Assembly: GCA_044892525.1 (NCBI GenBank)
Contig: CM097885.1
Coordinates: forward strand, 19,284,001-19,348,000
Origin: Schmidtea polychroa
Lineage: Eukaryota
Direction of reading: 5' to 3'
DNA: 64,000 bases
Positions 51,501 to 64,000 of this stretch are shown here, piece after piece; positions within the stretch are counted from its first letter, which is position 1; every line of letters begins with the position of its first letter. Position numbers and translations under genes: made by a program. The notes beneath the pieces are model-generated. The model was not told where the DNA came from, ran no database searches, and saw only the letters and a program-made list of their open reading frames with translations.

Positions 51501-54290
51501 TATTTTACCAATAAGAACATTGTCGATTTAAATAGAGATTTCAAAACATGTCCACCTTAACCGATCCCTCACCAAATATTTCTAGCATTTTAAAAACCCC
51601 CTTAAAAATCATATATTACCATCTTAACCGAACCTTCACTAAATCCAACCGACTTTAATATATCAATTCTCTTAAAATCCATGGAAAATCCTTCAAAATA
51701 TGAATTTTATTTAATTGTTAAAAACATTTTTCCATTGAAATAATTTAGTAGCTAAATTCAAAGAGTCCACTAAAAGATCAAAATAAATATTTAACCACAT
51801 GTATCATCAAATACCTAACTAGAGATGATAATATCTCATTGATTGATCATAATTCTTCATCGATTCAACTAATTATAGCCATTACAACATGATATATCTT
51901 TCAAACTAAATTTCAGTATATTTTACAATAATTTTCAAGTAGATTTCACCGTGAAAAAATTAGATTGTTTCAACTTTAAATTTTCAATATTTTAAAGTTC
52001 ATCAATGTGTAAATATTCTTAGAAAAATATATGAAAAAATTATTTAGTCAAATTATCATTACAAAGTCATCATCATCATCAAAATTAATAAAATATAGCA
52101 AATTATCAAGAAATTAATTAAATTTATCTTAGAATTAACACTAAACCTTAAATTTTTAAATATTCTTTCAATTAACATGAAATTCACAAAAAATGTTAGT
52201 AAAATCCCGCTAACTCTAAAAAATTACCAATGAATTTAATGCCAAATAATAACCAAATATTTGCCTAAATAAAATCATTAAAACACACCAGTACCTTTAC
52301 GACCAGTACCCTTGCTAGCAATACCCATAGGGGGACAGAATATTTTGTCGGATAAACTAGGAGTATATGGTCTTTATTGATATATCAAAATACTGTTATT
52401 TATAAATCAACTAAAAATACTCTAAAATACTATATTATTTTACTGAATGATACCTTAAATGTTTTTAATATACATATTTCTAAAATAAATCAACAGTTCA
52501 AACCAACAACATGTATGCAAGACCACCCATTGTTAATTTATTTCCAGTGTCACGTCCCTCGAAAATACCGTGAGTGTTTAAAAAAAACTGAGCTCAAAGA
52601 AACTTTCCAGATAACATCTCACCTGAATGTTTTGAACAAAAATGAGCAAAATTGAGAACAGACTGATAACTGAACAAACGATTAGATGGCGACTAACTTC
52701 TGGCCACAATCCTAACAACATGAAAATTAAGATTTTAATTATTGAATTCGTTGTTTACTGCCTGGAAATACTAACAGAATATTTTTTAATTCAAAGAATC
52801 TTCATTATAAATTTTGAATTTAAAAAATTAAATGAAGGATATATAAGTGTACATAAAATTATATAAAATTATACTATATTTATTAATAAATTTAGAATAC
52901 ATAAAATTATACTATATAATAATGTTAATGTTTAAATATGCTTAAATAACTAAATTGTTTAAATATTTTTAAATAACTAAATTTAAATTATTTAAATTTA
53001 ATTTATTTAAATATACTTTTGATATAACTTTATTTCTTTCGTTTTAGTATCCATAAAGTAAGTAAATAAAGAATTTACTACAATATTTTAATTATTTTAC
53101 TTAGTAATGAAGAAAATGAATTATATAATTATGAAGAAGATGAACAAAATGGTGAAACACTAAATGACTTATGTTCTGGATTTAGAAATTTCTTATTAAA
53201 ACATGAATTATAGAAGAAAATGAACCAGACAAAATGGTGAAACATTGCTATGTTCTGGATTTCTTAAATGAATTAGCTGATTGTGGGTGTCCTTCAACAT
53301 GAATTATCAGACTTAAATTATGTAAACTTTCAACGAATGTCAAGAAAAATGGGAAAAACCGATGTTTTAGCAATTAAGTAAAGTACTCGTCATACCTGAA
53401 GAATATTATTATTAATGTAAGACATGAATTAATTCTTTAAAATATATATATTATATTTAGGTATCTGTGTTTTATGGTGGGAAATGACCTTGAAAAAGTA
53501 TACCACAAATAACAGTTGCCTAATTTATCAAGCCTGTGATGATAAATGTTAGATAATGTAAGTTAATTGCTTTTAAATCAATATAAATTTTAGCAATGAT
53601 AGTTGACGCCGCATCAGAAACTAAGAAATACATCCAATTTGCAAGATGTATTCCAAATGGCCCGATGGAGATGATAATTTTGAGATAGATTACCAGCAGA
53701 AGAGCGAGAAAAATTTGTAAATTAAATATAATAGGGTTGGGTGGGTCCTCTTTATCCATTAATTAATATATATTTACAAGCTGATCGTCGTGGTGGGCGG
53801 TTGTAATCCAACTAGTGGGAGGCCTCTGTAAATATATATTTGTGTTAGTGAAAACATTAATTAATTTGGTTATAGTGCCAATGACGCATGTATTTTGAAA
53901 TTATACGTTTCGAATGTGCTGGTAGTTGACTACCCATGCTAGGCGTAATGTTCCGTACGGAAAGCTATAATGCCCAGGTTCTTCTGACCCCACTTGGGGA
54001 GGCACAGACGACCCTTGTGGACGCGAACAAATATCCACCGTGTCTTTCAGGCACAGATATTTGGTCACTGCTCATTAGGCCTGGCAATACTAAACGCATA
54101 AACTTTGCCTTGTCCTCTCTTGTCTTGATTTTTATCGTTTAAATAGTGTGTGTGATAAGTTTTATTTACTAACCTTAATAAACCATAATATGCTTTAAAA
54201 TCGAAAACCCTTGCGACATGTTGAGTGTGAGTAGTACCCATATGAGCAATACCTATAGGGTGATAGAATATTTTGTCGGATAGACTAGGA
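48580..54290. repeat. Near-identical ~1.9 kb inverted repeat arms (48580-50499 and 52301-54290) around a 1.8 kb spacer
   Basis: Mirror ORFs 50154-50423(-) and 52377-52655(+). Sequence matches continuously in reverse complement. Confidence 0.95.
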
Positions 54291-54441
54291 GTATATACAC
54301 CCATGTTAAACAAGGTATGTGTATATAGAATGTATGTGTAAAATTATCGCTCCTTATTGAAAATTTCATGTAAAGGCAAACACAGAATATTGCAAACATA
54401 TAATAATTCTCTACCCCATAACTTAGTGTGTAAAAATTATT

Positions 54442-54503
<62 letters not shown>

Positions 54504-54504
54504 T

Positions 54505-54583
<79 letters not shown>

Positions 54584-55194
54584 GTTTAATGGGTTGTGTG
54601 TGTAAACCATATTTTAGATTTTTTGATAATAATGATAATAATAATGGTTAATGGGTTGTGTATGTGTGTAAACCATATTTTAGGTTTTTCACTAATATTG
54701 ATAATAATAATAAAAATAATAATATTTATGCAAAGCATGTGCAATAATTATGTCTTTGTTAATTAAGTAAACTTTAGTGTCAAAATACGTTTTTAAAATA
54801 TATTTAAATTTTAAAATACCGCAACGTAATATATTTTGTTCTACCCCTTCATTGATTTAAGTTGGTAGGAATTTAATAATAATTTTAATAGTAATTATAA
54901 TATGCCCTTTGAGATATTTTGAATGTGAGAAGTACCCTTGTAACCATTACCTATGTAAGCAGTACACATAGGGGGGCAGAATATCTTGTCGGATAAACTC
55001 TGACTATATATGATAATAATAATAATAACTCCCGTGCGTGTTAAAATAAATAATAATACTTTGAACTTGTATTTGAAAATAATTTACGACATGTTGAATG
55101 TGAGTAGTACCCTTGTGACAATTACCCATGTGAGTAGTGCCCTTGTGAGCAATACCCATAGTGGGACAGAATATTTTGTCGGATAGACTAAGAG

Positions 55195-55231
<37 letters not shown>

Positions 55232-55261
55232 TATAATTATAATAATTATAATAATAATAAT

Positions 55262-55940
55262 AAATGACCTTGAAAAAATAATATTTTGAAAAAATAAATG
55301 ACCTTGAAAAATTTAATGATCACTTAATTAAAACAAAAAATTAAATTAAAAAATGACCTTGAAAAAAAAGACCTTTATGAGTCACGCGACCTTGAAAAAA
55401 TAAATGACCTTGAAAAATAAATGACCTTGGGAATGACCTTGAAAAAATAAATGACCTTGGAAATAATAATATTTTGAAAAATAAATGACCTTGAAAATGG
55501 TCTCGGGAAAACGTTAATAATTTTGCCAATAATAATTATATTAATAATATTTATATATCAATAGTTAGATCTTGCACTAAGCTTCAAAATAAGCTATCGA
55601 TTAATAAATTCGGATAATGGGAACGATAACTTTGGGGCAAACGAAAACCAGGTCACCGCTGGACCACTAATAATTATATGACCTTGAAAATGATTTTTGG
55701 TTAAATGTTAATAACTTTGTTAATATTAATGATGATGATACCTTCTATGGATCAATCGAAAGGTCTTGGACCGAGCTTTAAAATGAGGTATCGTTTAATA
55801 ATATTTGTTGGCGGGAACTCTGTACATTTAAATTTTAAAATATGACCTTGAAAAATTAAATGACCTTGAAAAAATAAATGACCTTGAAAAAATAAATGAC
55901 CTTGAAAATAATAATATTTTGAAAAATAAATGACCTTGAA
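55262..55940. repeat. ~19 bp minisatellite AAATAAATGACCTTGAAAA
   Basis: Direct repeats in two blocks. Confidence 0.9.
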
Positions 55941-56456
55941 AATAGTCTCGGGTAAACGTTAATAACTTTGTCAATATTAATGATGATGATACCTTCCATG
56001 GCTCATTCGAAAGGTCTTAGACTGGGCTTTAAAATAAGCTATCAATTAATAAATTCGGATAATGGGAACGATAACATTTGGGATGAAAAAAAGTAGGGGC
56101 CCTCTGGATCAATAATAATATTTTGGAAAAAATTATGTGACATTGGGTTAGTCTTTGTCTTTGTTCTAAAAATGAGATGAGTCATCGTATGATAGGAATC
56201 TATATCTCATTCGAAAGGTCTTGCATTGGGCTTTAAGATGAGCTATCGATCAATATAATATGTTGGCGGGAACATTAATTTTTGGGATGAAAAAAAGTAT
56301 GTCACCGCCAGACCAATTAATTAAAACAAAAAATTTAATTAAAAAAAAAATAAATGACCTTGACCTTTTATTTTTAAAAAAAAAATTTTCCCGGGGGGGG
56401 GAGGGGTATATGTGGCCGGGCGGTGACCTGGCTGGGCGGTGACCAATCATACTACT

Positions 56457-56867
56457 GATATTCAAACTTCAAAATGTATTGCAACTTTAAAAAATGTTGG
56501 ACTTGCTGTTGATGATTCTAGTTTCTTTCATACTATTTTAGGTTTTGAAGTCAGAGAACATCCACCACCAACTATTAAATCTAAAAATATTATACAAATA
56601 ACAAATATAAATTCTATAAATATAGAGTGTGATTGTATAATGGGATCATACAATAATGGTAAACATGCAAATATTTTATATTCCTTTCCTTCCAATGTTG
56701 TTCGAGTTGGATATAAAATGGTTGAAAGAATGAATCCTCCAAATTATTTACCTTTATGTAGAAAAATCCTAATGGATATTCATTTTAGAACTGTTGATGA
56801 AGACGGGGAATTAATTAATTTTAATGGAGAAAAGATCTCAATGTGTTTACATTTGAAACAAGTCTAG
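56457..56867 (+). pseudogene. Minor capsid protein (penton), 3' half
   Basis: HTILGF...INIECDCIMGSYNNG...ILYSF...GYK.VE....YLPL...VDEDGELINFNGE. Confidence 0.82.
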
Positions 56868-56890
56868 ATAATAACTTTATTACTATAAAA

Positions 56891-57843
56891 ATGAATTATA
56901 ATAAATTAGGATTATATAATGATGGATTAAAAGATGAAGATGTTATATCTCTTACAGAAAAAAGATTTGTTAATGAAAAAGGAGATTCAATGAAGGGTGA
57001 TTTAATTTTAAATGGACACCAGATAAAAGAATTATCTTCTCCAATTAATGATTTTGATGCAACTAATAAAAAATATGTAGATGAAAAATAGATGCTCAAC
57101 TTAAATCGAGTAATTCTACAGAATCCAAATTTAATAAATTACAAACCCAATTAAATGAAGAAGCCTCAAAGATAGCCAAAGAAACTCAAAGGTTAACTGA
57201 CATAATATCAATTTTAAAAAATAAAAGACTTATGCATAAAAGACTTATGGATAATAAAATTAATACAATATATAATATAATAAATGAGATGATTACATCA
57301 TTTAATGCAAGACTTGTTAAATTAGAGTCTCATACAACACACATTAACACAACACACACTATTAGAAAAAGAGCTGCTGAATTAGAACAGAATAATACAT
57401 TATTACCCAATACATATAAACATTTTATAGAACCAACTTTAATAATAACAAATAGTAAAGAATGGTCTTGTTTTATGGTTGTAAAGATTATTGATCCTTA
57501 TTTCTTTTAATTTAATGATGATGGTGAAACAATGAAATGGTTTGTAAAATGTGATTATAATAGTAAGTTTGAAAAGGATGAAGTTATAATAACTGGTTAT
57601 GATTTACCACATGGATATTGGCATGATAAAACTGATTCACATAAAATACATAAAGTTAAAAGTAAGAATATTATTTTTAAAAGCACACTTGTAAGTTATA
57701 TAGATTTAATATTTTATGAAAAAAAGGTTGAGGTTGATGAAGTTCGTAAAGCGTTGATAGAATTGTATAAAGACATTCTCTCAAAAAGAGCTTCTTATGA
57801 TATTCGAGTGTTGGTACCAGGTAATAAAGTCTTATTTTTTTAA
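56891..57843 (+). pseudogene. Putative fiber/spike protein (frameshift ~57085, stop 57508)
   Basis: GDSMKGDLILNGHQIKELSSP....DATNKKYVD tail-fiber-type repeat, coiled coil and an RKR site. ORFs 57232 and 57532 share a frame. Confidence 0.6.
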
Positions 57844-57851
57844 TTATTAAA

Positions 57852-58430
57852 ATGGAAGTACGAAGTCCAGAAGTACAAAGTCCAGAAGTACAAATATATC
57901 CAAAGATTCCATCAGCTTCTACAGAACTTGAAGTTATGAGAGTAAAAGAATTAAAATCAGAAACTTTACATTTACAAGACTTGTTGAAGCATTATAAAAA
58001 AATTAAAAAAAGATGGAATAAAGGGAATACAGCTTTAAAGATTATAGGTTACTCCTTAGGATTTTCATCTGCAATACTTACAATTGTTTTACCTATAACT
58101 TTACCAGTTGTTACTCTTGCACCTGTAATACTTGGAAGTATTTCTGTTGCAGATTCTTTCTTGACTGAAATACTTTCTTTATCTTATACTTCAAAAAAGT
58201 AAAGTTTATATCGTGAAGTTTGTCTGACAATAGACTTGGGGATATCAAAATTATTTTTATTTCAATTAAAAGCCTTGGAAGATGGAATCCTAACAGATGA
58301 AGAAATAATGAAATCAAATCAATTAATAAGGGATATTAAAAATGAAGTTATAAAGTTGAAAACTTCAAGTGCCAAGAATGAATATTCTAAAAAAATACAA
58401 CGAGAGAAATGGTTAAAGACTTCGTCGTAA
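57852..58430 (+). pseudogene. Two-TM hypothetical Polinton protein (stop at 58200)
   Basis: Same-frame ORFs. HYKKIKKRWNK, a hydrophobic hairpin and KALEDGILTDEE. Confidence 0.55.
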
Positions 58431-58455
58431 AGACTATATAAATTTTAATTTAAAA

Positions 58456-58710
58456 ATGGAAGAAATAATGAAATCTAGGTTGAATGATTTTAGAAGTTTA
58501 TCATTAGAGGATAAAATTAGAATAGGTGAAAAGTGTTACATCTTTTACCTTGTAGGGAATAATGACTGTGATTATTTAAATAAAATAACTAAATTTCAAT
58601 CTTTATCTCCCCGAGACCAAATAATAAGAGGAGAATATTATTTTGCTTTATTCCCCCAACTAATTAGAAAATTAAACTATAAAAATGGATGTCTTTATAA
58701 AAAAAATTGA
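58456..58710 (+). CDS. Hypothetical protein with an internal duplication (F.SLS..D.I..GE..Y)
   Basis: Intact ORF in a tightly packed cluster with a TAAAAATG start. Confidence 0.5.
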   Translation: MEEIMKSRLNDFRSLSLEDKIRIGEKCYIFYLVGNNDCDYLNKITKFQSLSPRDQIIRGEYYFALFPQLIRKLNYKNGCLYKKN

Positions 58711-59116
58711 ACAACTTTCAATAATTGATCCTTTAATATTAAATAAGATTCAACAAAAAGAGAAGGCTTTTGAATTTTCTAGAATAAAGAGTGAAAACCC
58801 TACTTTTTCTCAGACTCAAATTTGTAAAATGATTGGTACTTCAGATTCTACAATGAGAAGAATTAGAAAAGATTTAAGAATTGATTCTCCTTATAGGCAT
58901 ACAACTAAAAAGAAGAGGGTTATAGAGAAAAAGGGTGTTTATTGTAATGATTGTTCAACTAATGTACTTCAACAAAATCATAAATGCATCAAGTCTAAGA
59001 AATATAAAAGAAAAGATCCTTTAGCCTCAGGACCTTTACCCGAAGTCTCTACGACTGAAGATGTTGAAGATATTTTTGATCCAACCAGTATCATATTTAA
59101 AAGCTTTAATAAATGA
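58685..59116 (+). CDS. HTH DNA-binding protein with CxxC motif
   Basis: FSQTQICKMIGTSDSTMRRIRKDL HTH pattern. Confidence 0.6.
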   Translation: MDVFIKKIEQLSIIDPLILNKIQQKEKAFEFSRIKSENPTFSQTQICKMIGTSDSTMRRIRKDLRIDSPYRHTTKKKRVIEKKGVYCNDCSTNVLQQNHKCIKSKKYKRKDPLASGPLPEVSTTEDVEDIFDPTSIIFKSFNK

Positions 59117-59406
59117 ATGAACGTGTTTTAAACTTGATAAAAAGTAATCCTATTATTAAAAAGGAATTAAGTCTTGCATTAAAAGAATATAATGAGAAAT
59201 CTTCAGAGGATAAAGCCTTGCTCGCTGTGCAACTTGCCATTCGAGAGCCTGTATTACTTTGGATTATAAATGATATAGAGATTGAAAGAGATTGTCTAAA
59301 ACAACAGTTGATGAAAATATCTAAAGAGATTAAAGCCAGAAAGACTTTAGCTAAGGCAGAGCAAGAGAATGTAAAAAAGCAAGTACAAAAGATGCTAAAA
59401 CTATAA
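59113..59406 (+). CDS. Hypothetical coiled-coil protein
   Basis: ORF overlaps the upstream stop (TGA at 59114-59116) by 4 nt; heptad-like composition. Confidence 0.5.
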   Translation: MNERVLNLIKSNPIIKKELSLALKEYNEKSSEDKALLAVQLAIREPVLLWIINDIEIERDCLKQQLMKISKEIKARKTLAKAEQENVKKQVQKMLKL

Positions 59407-59568
59407 AAGAAAAAATTTTTATTATTGAAACAGATGGTTTATTATTCAAAGCTTTAATAATATCATTCAAAAATGTTTTGGATAAAAGTATTTTGCCATC
59501 TGTTAAAGACTTTAAGTTTTCAAATATTTCAGCCATTTTTAAGATTCCAGAATGACTTTCAGAGACTT

Positions 59569-62500
59569 TCAGAATTGATCAGCTATTAGCAGAGACTTTC
59601 CTTCATGGATGACTGAAGCTGATATGGTTTTAACGTCTAAGATGTAATCATTTAGGTTTATAGGATTTTGTTCTATATCTAATTCCAAATACTCATTTCG
59701 ACTTTTGGGGTAAAGTATTCGAAGTTGATAAAGTTGAAGATCTGAAATCTGATTCTTTAAATTTTTTATATGTGGAATCATATCATTTCCAATTGGAAGT
59801 GTCTTTTTTAAATCTGATAAAATATACCTCTTATCATCATAATTAGATAATGATATTTTATTTGATTCTTCTAAATACATGTTATGCTTTTCAGATTTAA
59901 GTTGATGAACTTGAATTATTTTATCTGGTTGATTTTTATTTAGATTATCCTTATAGTCTTGATGTGGTATATTCCTAGAAACTGATTTCTGTATACCTTT
60001 ATTTTTATTATCTTTAGATGTTTTAAGTTTTGGAGGTATTAATACTGGTATCGAAAATGTTTGATCTATGATTTTAATTGAATGGGTTTCAATCTTTGGG
60101 GCTTCAATCATTTCTAGTGAATATTGTTTGGCTCTAATAAATACAGCATCAATTATTGGAGTATTTGGTTTTTCATCTTTAAAGGTGAATAATTCTCCAG
60201 ATGAATTTATTAAATTCCTTAGGATTTCATTTTCAGATATTTCCTCTTTTAGGTTTTTAGTATATATTTTTAAAAACATACTGTCGGTATCCATTGCATG
60301 CATTGATATTCTATTTTTAAAATGTGGTAGTAGAATATCATAATAGGTTTCATACATTTGAAGTTTTGATAATTCTAAAATGGTAAAACCTATAAAGATT
60401 GGTTTGTTATAAGTCTTTTCACTATTTTTTAGTTCAACGGCTACAAGGTTCTTGGAGAATACTTCTGCATTTTTAAATGTAGGTTTTGAAAGCATTCGAT
60501 TGTATCTGTTAAAGTCTTTGGGAGTATTTGTCAATAATTCTACATGAGTATATTTGTCAACATTTTCCATTGTCTTTCCAAAGACTGAATTATTTAAAAG
60601 TTTATAAATCATATCGAGGAAAGCGTTTCCATTTCTTTTTGCTTCATTCCTAGATTTAATATTTCCCTCTATAAAGATTTTCATGAATGGAAGTTGTCTA
60701 AACTTTATTATAGAATGTATATTTTTTATTTTCATTCCATGAGAAAGATAAAATTGTAACAGTCGATAGTGACAAAGATACCAAGTTTTATCAGTTTGAT
60801 CACATAAAAGTTTTACAGTTGTAGGTCTATCTTGTTGGGGTGATAATTCATTAGAATCTACTTTTCTTTTCAATGGAGCAAATGGAAAGTATCTAGTTAC
60901 ATATTTTATATCATTAGGATATTCTAAATCACATTCTATTATATATCCCACTTCTGAATCTTTTTCAGTTGATAATATTTCATTCATAAGTTTTCTTAGG
61001 AGATCCTTTTCCTTGGGGATATCCACCTGAATGAACTTATCAATTGGAAGGTATTGAGTCATGATTCCTGAATATAAAGCTGTTGCATCTATATACATAA
61101 TCTCTGATGGATTATTTAAACCTTCCATTATTAAATTTAAATCCTCATCGGTTTTTATTTCTATAGCATTTGCTTCAGGATCTTCACTAAAGAATTTCTT
61201 GTATAGAGATATAAAGTTGTTTGCAGTTATATTTCTATCTCCCATCACGGAGCTAACACCTCCACGAATATTTTCTTTAAGTACATTAAACATGTCGATT
61301 TCAGTTAATAGTTCTATAGATGTAGTCTCTGAAGAGGTCCACATTGTATATAATAATATATCCCAAGCTAAAGATGGAGATGTTATATAATTATAAGGTT
61401 TAAAAGTAAAGGCTTTTGTGAATCCCTCGAAACAATCTGCAAGGATATAAACATCAAGGGATAAATACATGTCAGTATAATCCCCAATGTTTTTACATTT
61501 GAAAAGTTCCCACATTTTATTCCCTCGGGCATATTCTTGATCACTTATATCCGTTTGATTTAATATTGAAAAGAATTCTTCTTTCTCTGGTAAAGCGGTT
61601 TCATTATATCTATCAAATGAGTTGATGTAATCATAAGGATAGATTCCTTTTGCCAAACAGGTTTTATATTCCTCCTGGGGAATATTATCTTTTACTAATA
61701 CTTTTTCAATTGTATGCTTAAAGTCTTCAGGTTTCATGGTTTTTGCTATTCCATCCAAGGACATTGATAGAAAGTTTAATGAATCTATAAACTTTAGTCG
61801 TCCATATTGAACACATTTATATTTTTCTTTTGTTAGTCCTATAACCTTGAAAGAGTTTTTAGCATTTACAGCTAAATGCTTTATAAATAGATGTATGTCA
61901 TATCCAAAAAGATTATGAAATATGACTGGAATAAATGCAGGTCTTTTACAATTTATATTACAGTTTTTATGGGCTGCTCCTCTATAATTATTTTTTTTTT
62001 AAAGTGGTCATGATCAGGAACTTTTATGTCCTCAGGATTCTCAAATGGCTGTTTACACATCCAGCAAGTTGTTGTGTTTTTATATTCTTCCCATTGTTGG
62101 TCTGAAAAATTTATTGGGTATTTTATTTTTAAGGTTTTAAAAAGTTTATGTTCTAAATCATTTATGTCTTTAGTAAAATGATTTAGAGTTTCTTCTTCTG
62201 AGGATCCTCTATATGAAAATTCTTCTGATTTAATGAGGTTGGGGTAATTACTTTTAAAAAATAATTTATATGTTGATGCTACTTGTTTTGTCAGTTTTAC
62301 TGTATAGGATTTATTATTTAATTTTAAAAAGTTTTTCATTGAGGTTCCTCCAGTCGTTTGGTTCCAAGAGTCTAATAAATTATTTTTTTCTATTATTTTT
62401 AAATATTCTTGGTCCAAATCCTGTTTTATGTTAATTGCCTCAAAGTCTCCATATATTACTCCTAAAGATTGTAACAGGTTTGAAAAGTTTTTAAAATGCA

Positions 62501-63943
62501 TGTTAGATTTTTCCTTGCTCGGCATTTTAATTAATGCTGGCAAGTTCTTACAACATAATCTTTCATGTTTAAATGCTGCAATGTCTGAAGCTGAATAATA
62601 TAAACACCGTTTACATGTTGTTCCACCACTGTGGTGATTTTTCGATCTCATAAAGCTTTGAAAGTTTTTTATTGGAATATAATGTTGTTTCCCCTCATCT
62701 TCTTCTTCAAGGTCTTCTTCTTGATCGTCTTCAATATTTAAATATTGTTCTTCCTCATCTAGATCATCATATTCCTTATAGACTTGTTCTCTTTTATGTT
62801 CTTGTAATATTAAAAGATATATTTCTCTATTTCTATCTTGTTCTGATAATTCTCTATTTGAAACATGTATAGGAATAATATGTTTCCTATCACCCACCTG
62901 GCAAATGTATTTATAAATGTTAAGTTTAATATTATTTAATTTTTCAAAAATTGGAATGTATTCAATCTTCATCGGGTGTTTAAATCCTTTTGGATATATT
63001 AATTCATTTTCATATTGCTTATATTTTGCAGGTCTTTCTTTATGATTTTCTTGAGGATGTAAGTGTGCAAGGATTGACCATTGGAAACATTTATTATCCT
63101 TATTTTGAACATTTATAATATGAATAGAAGTAAAGGGTGTAGGGATATATGATTTAGGATTTGGAGGTGCCCCTCTCCAATATTCAATTTCAAGTGATTG
63201 AAATGAAAGGAATTTTAGATTTGAGTCTCCTAATTCTTGTTCAACCACTCTATGCTCATCTCCAACTTTATGAATAATCTCTTTAATTGTTTTGTTAAAT
63301 CCTTTGGTTGAGAATAAATATTTATAAGATGTTTCAATTATAGCATTCAAGGGTGTTGTGTTTACATCTTCTCCTCTCCAATATCTTGAATGGATTCTAA
63401 TTTTATATTTAATAATATTAAATCTTGATTTACCAAATTTTTTTATAGCATCTTCCATTGATTTTTTTATGTTTTTTTTATTTTTATTTATATACTGTAA
63501 AGATGAGAAGAGGATATAAATGTTTGTTCAAATTTATCTACATGGTTAAAGTTATCCCAATTATATTTTTCTTTTTCAATCTCTTCTTCTTCATATTCTT
63601 CTTCTTCTTCTCTAACTTTTATATCTTCTTCAGAGTCTTCAGGATCTCTTTTAACAATAGCACATTCTTTTAAATGTTTTAAATAATAAGATTCTGTGGT
63701 GAATTTCAATCTACATATAGGACATTCAAATTTTTTTCTATTTCTTTTAATCCCAATACAGTTTTTAAAATGTTTATCATATCCTAAAAGTAAATATCTT
63801 TCTTTACATTTAAGACAAAGTTTTGAGTTTGAATCATTTAGTCCAACTGTCTTTAATAAATGCTCTTTAGATTTTTCGTGTGATATTAATGCTGTTCTAT
63901 TTTTAAATTTTTTATTGCATATGCCACAATTATAAATATTCAT
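59569..63943 (-). pseudogene. Protein-primed DNA polymerase B with N-terminal C2H2 fingers; no introns evident; two frameshifts
   Basis: INVQNKDNKCFQW, YGDFEA, DHDH, FHNLFGYD, YIDATALYSG, KLLNNSVFGK, MDTDSM. Frameshifts near 63490 and in the T-run at ~61990. Confidence 0.92.
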
Positions 63944-64000
63944 TTTTAAAAAAAATTATTTTATTGGGTATACAAACTGCGCAGCTTGCTAGTTTTTAAG

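Overview
AT-rich eukaryotic DNA with (AAT)n and (TA)n microsatellites and 41-50 nt introns. It is probably a flatworm or similar invertebrate (inferred). The only clear host exon is the last exon of a 5-HT7-like GPCR (2999-3246). The rest is nested mobile DNA. (1) Small DNA transposons: a mini-Helitron, a MULE MITE, a full-length hAT/Buster element and a Tigger remnant. (2) A protein-primed DNA polymerase B (pPolB) gene split by at least 5 spliceosomal introns (15682-21304), next to an AGTAGT Polinton-type end. (3) A young 14.3 kb Ty3/gypsy LTR element (21776-36101). Its ~3160 aa polyprotein reads Gag - 2x ubiquitin-like - Bcl-2-like - signal peptide/chuvirus-like glycoprotein/TM - PR-RT-RH-IN. 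A second ORF resembles a catalytically dead REX4/ISG20 exonuclease. (4) A decayed Polinton/adintovirus (38706 to beyond 64000) with MCP, a PLA2-integrase fusion, ATPase, adenain, penton, fiber and pPolB. Its penton gene is interrupted by a 12 kb fold-back element with Polinton-type ends and no recognisable intact gene. All protein calls come from motif recognition by eye; no searches were run.
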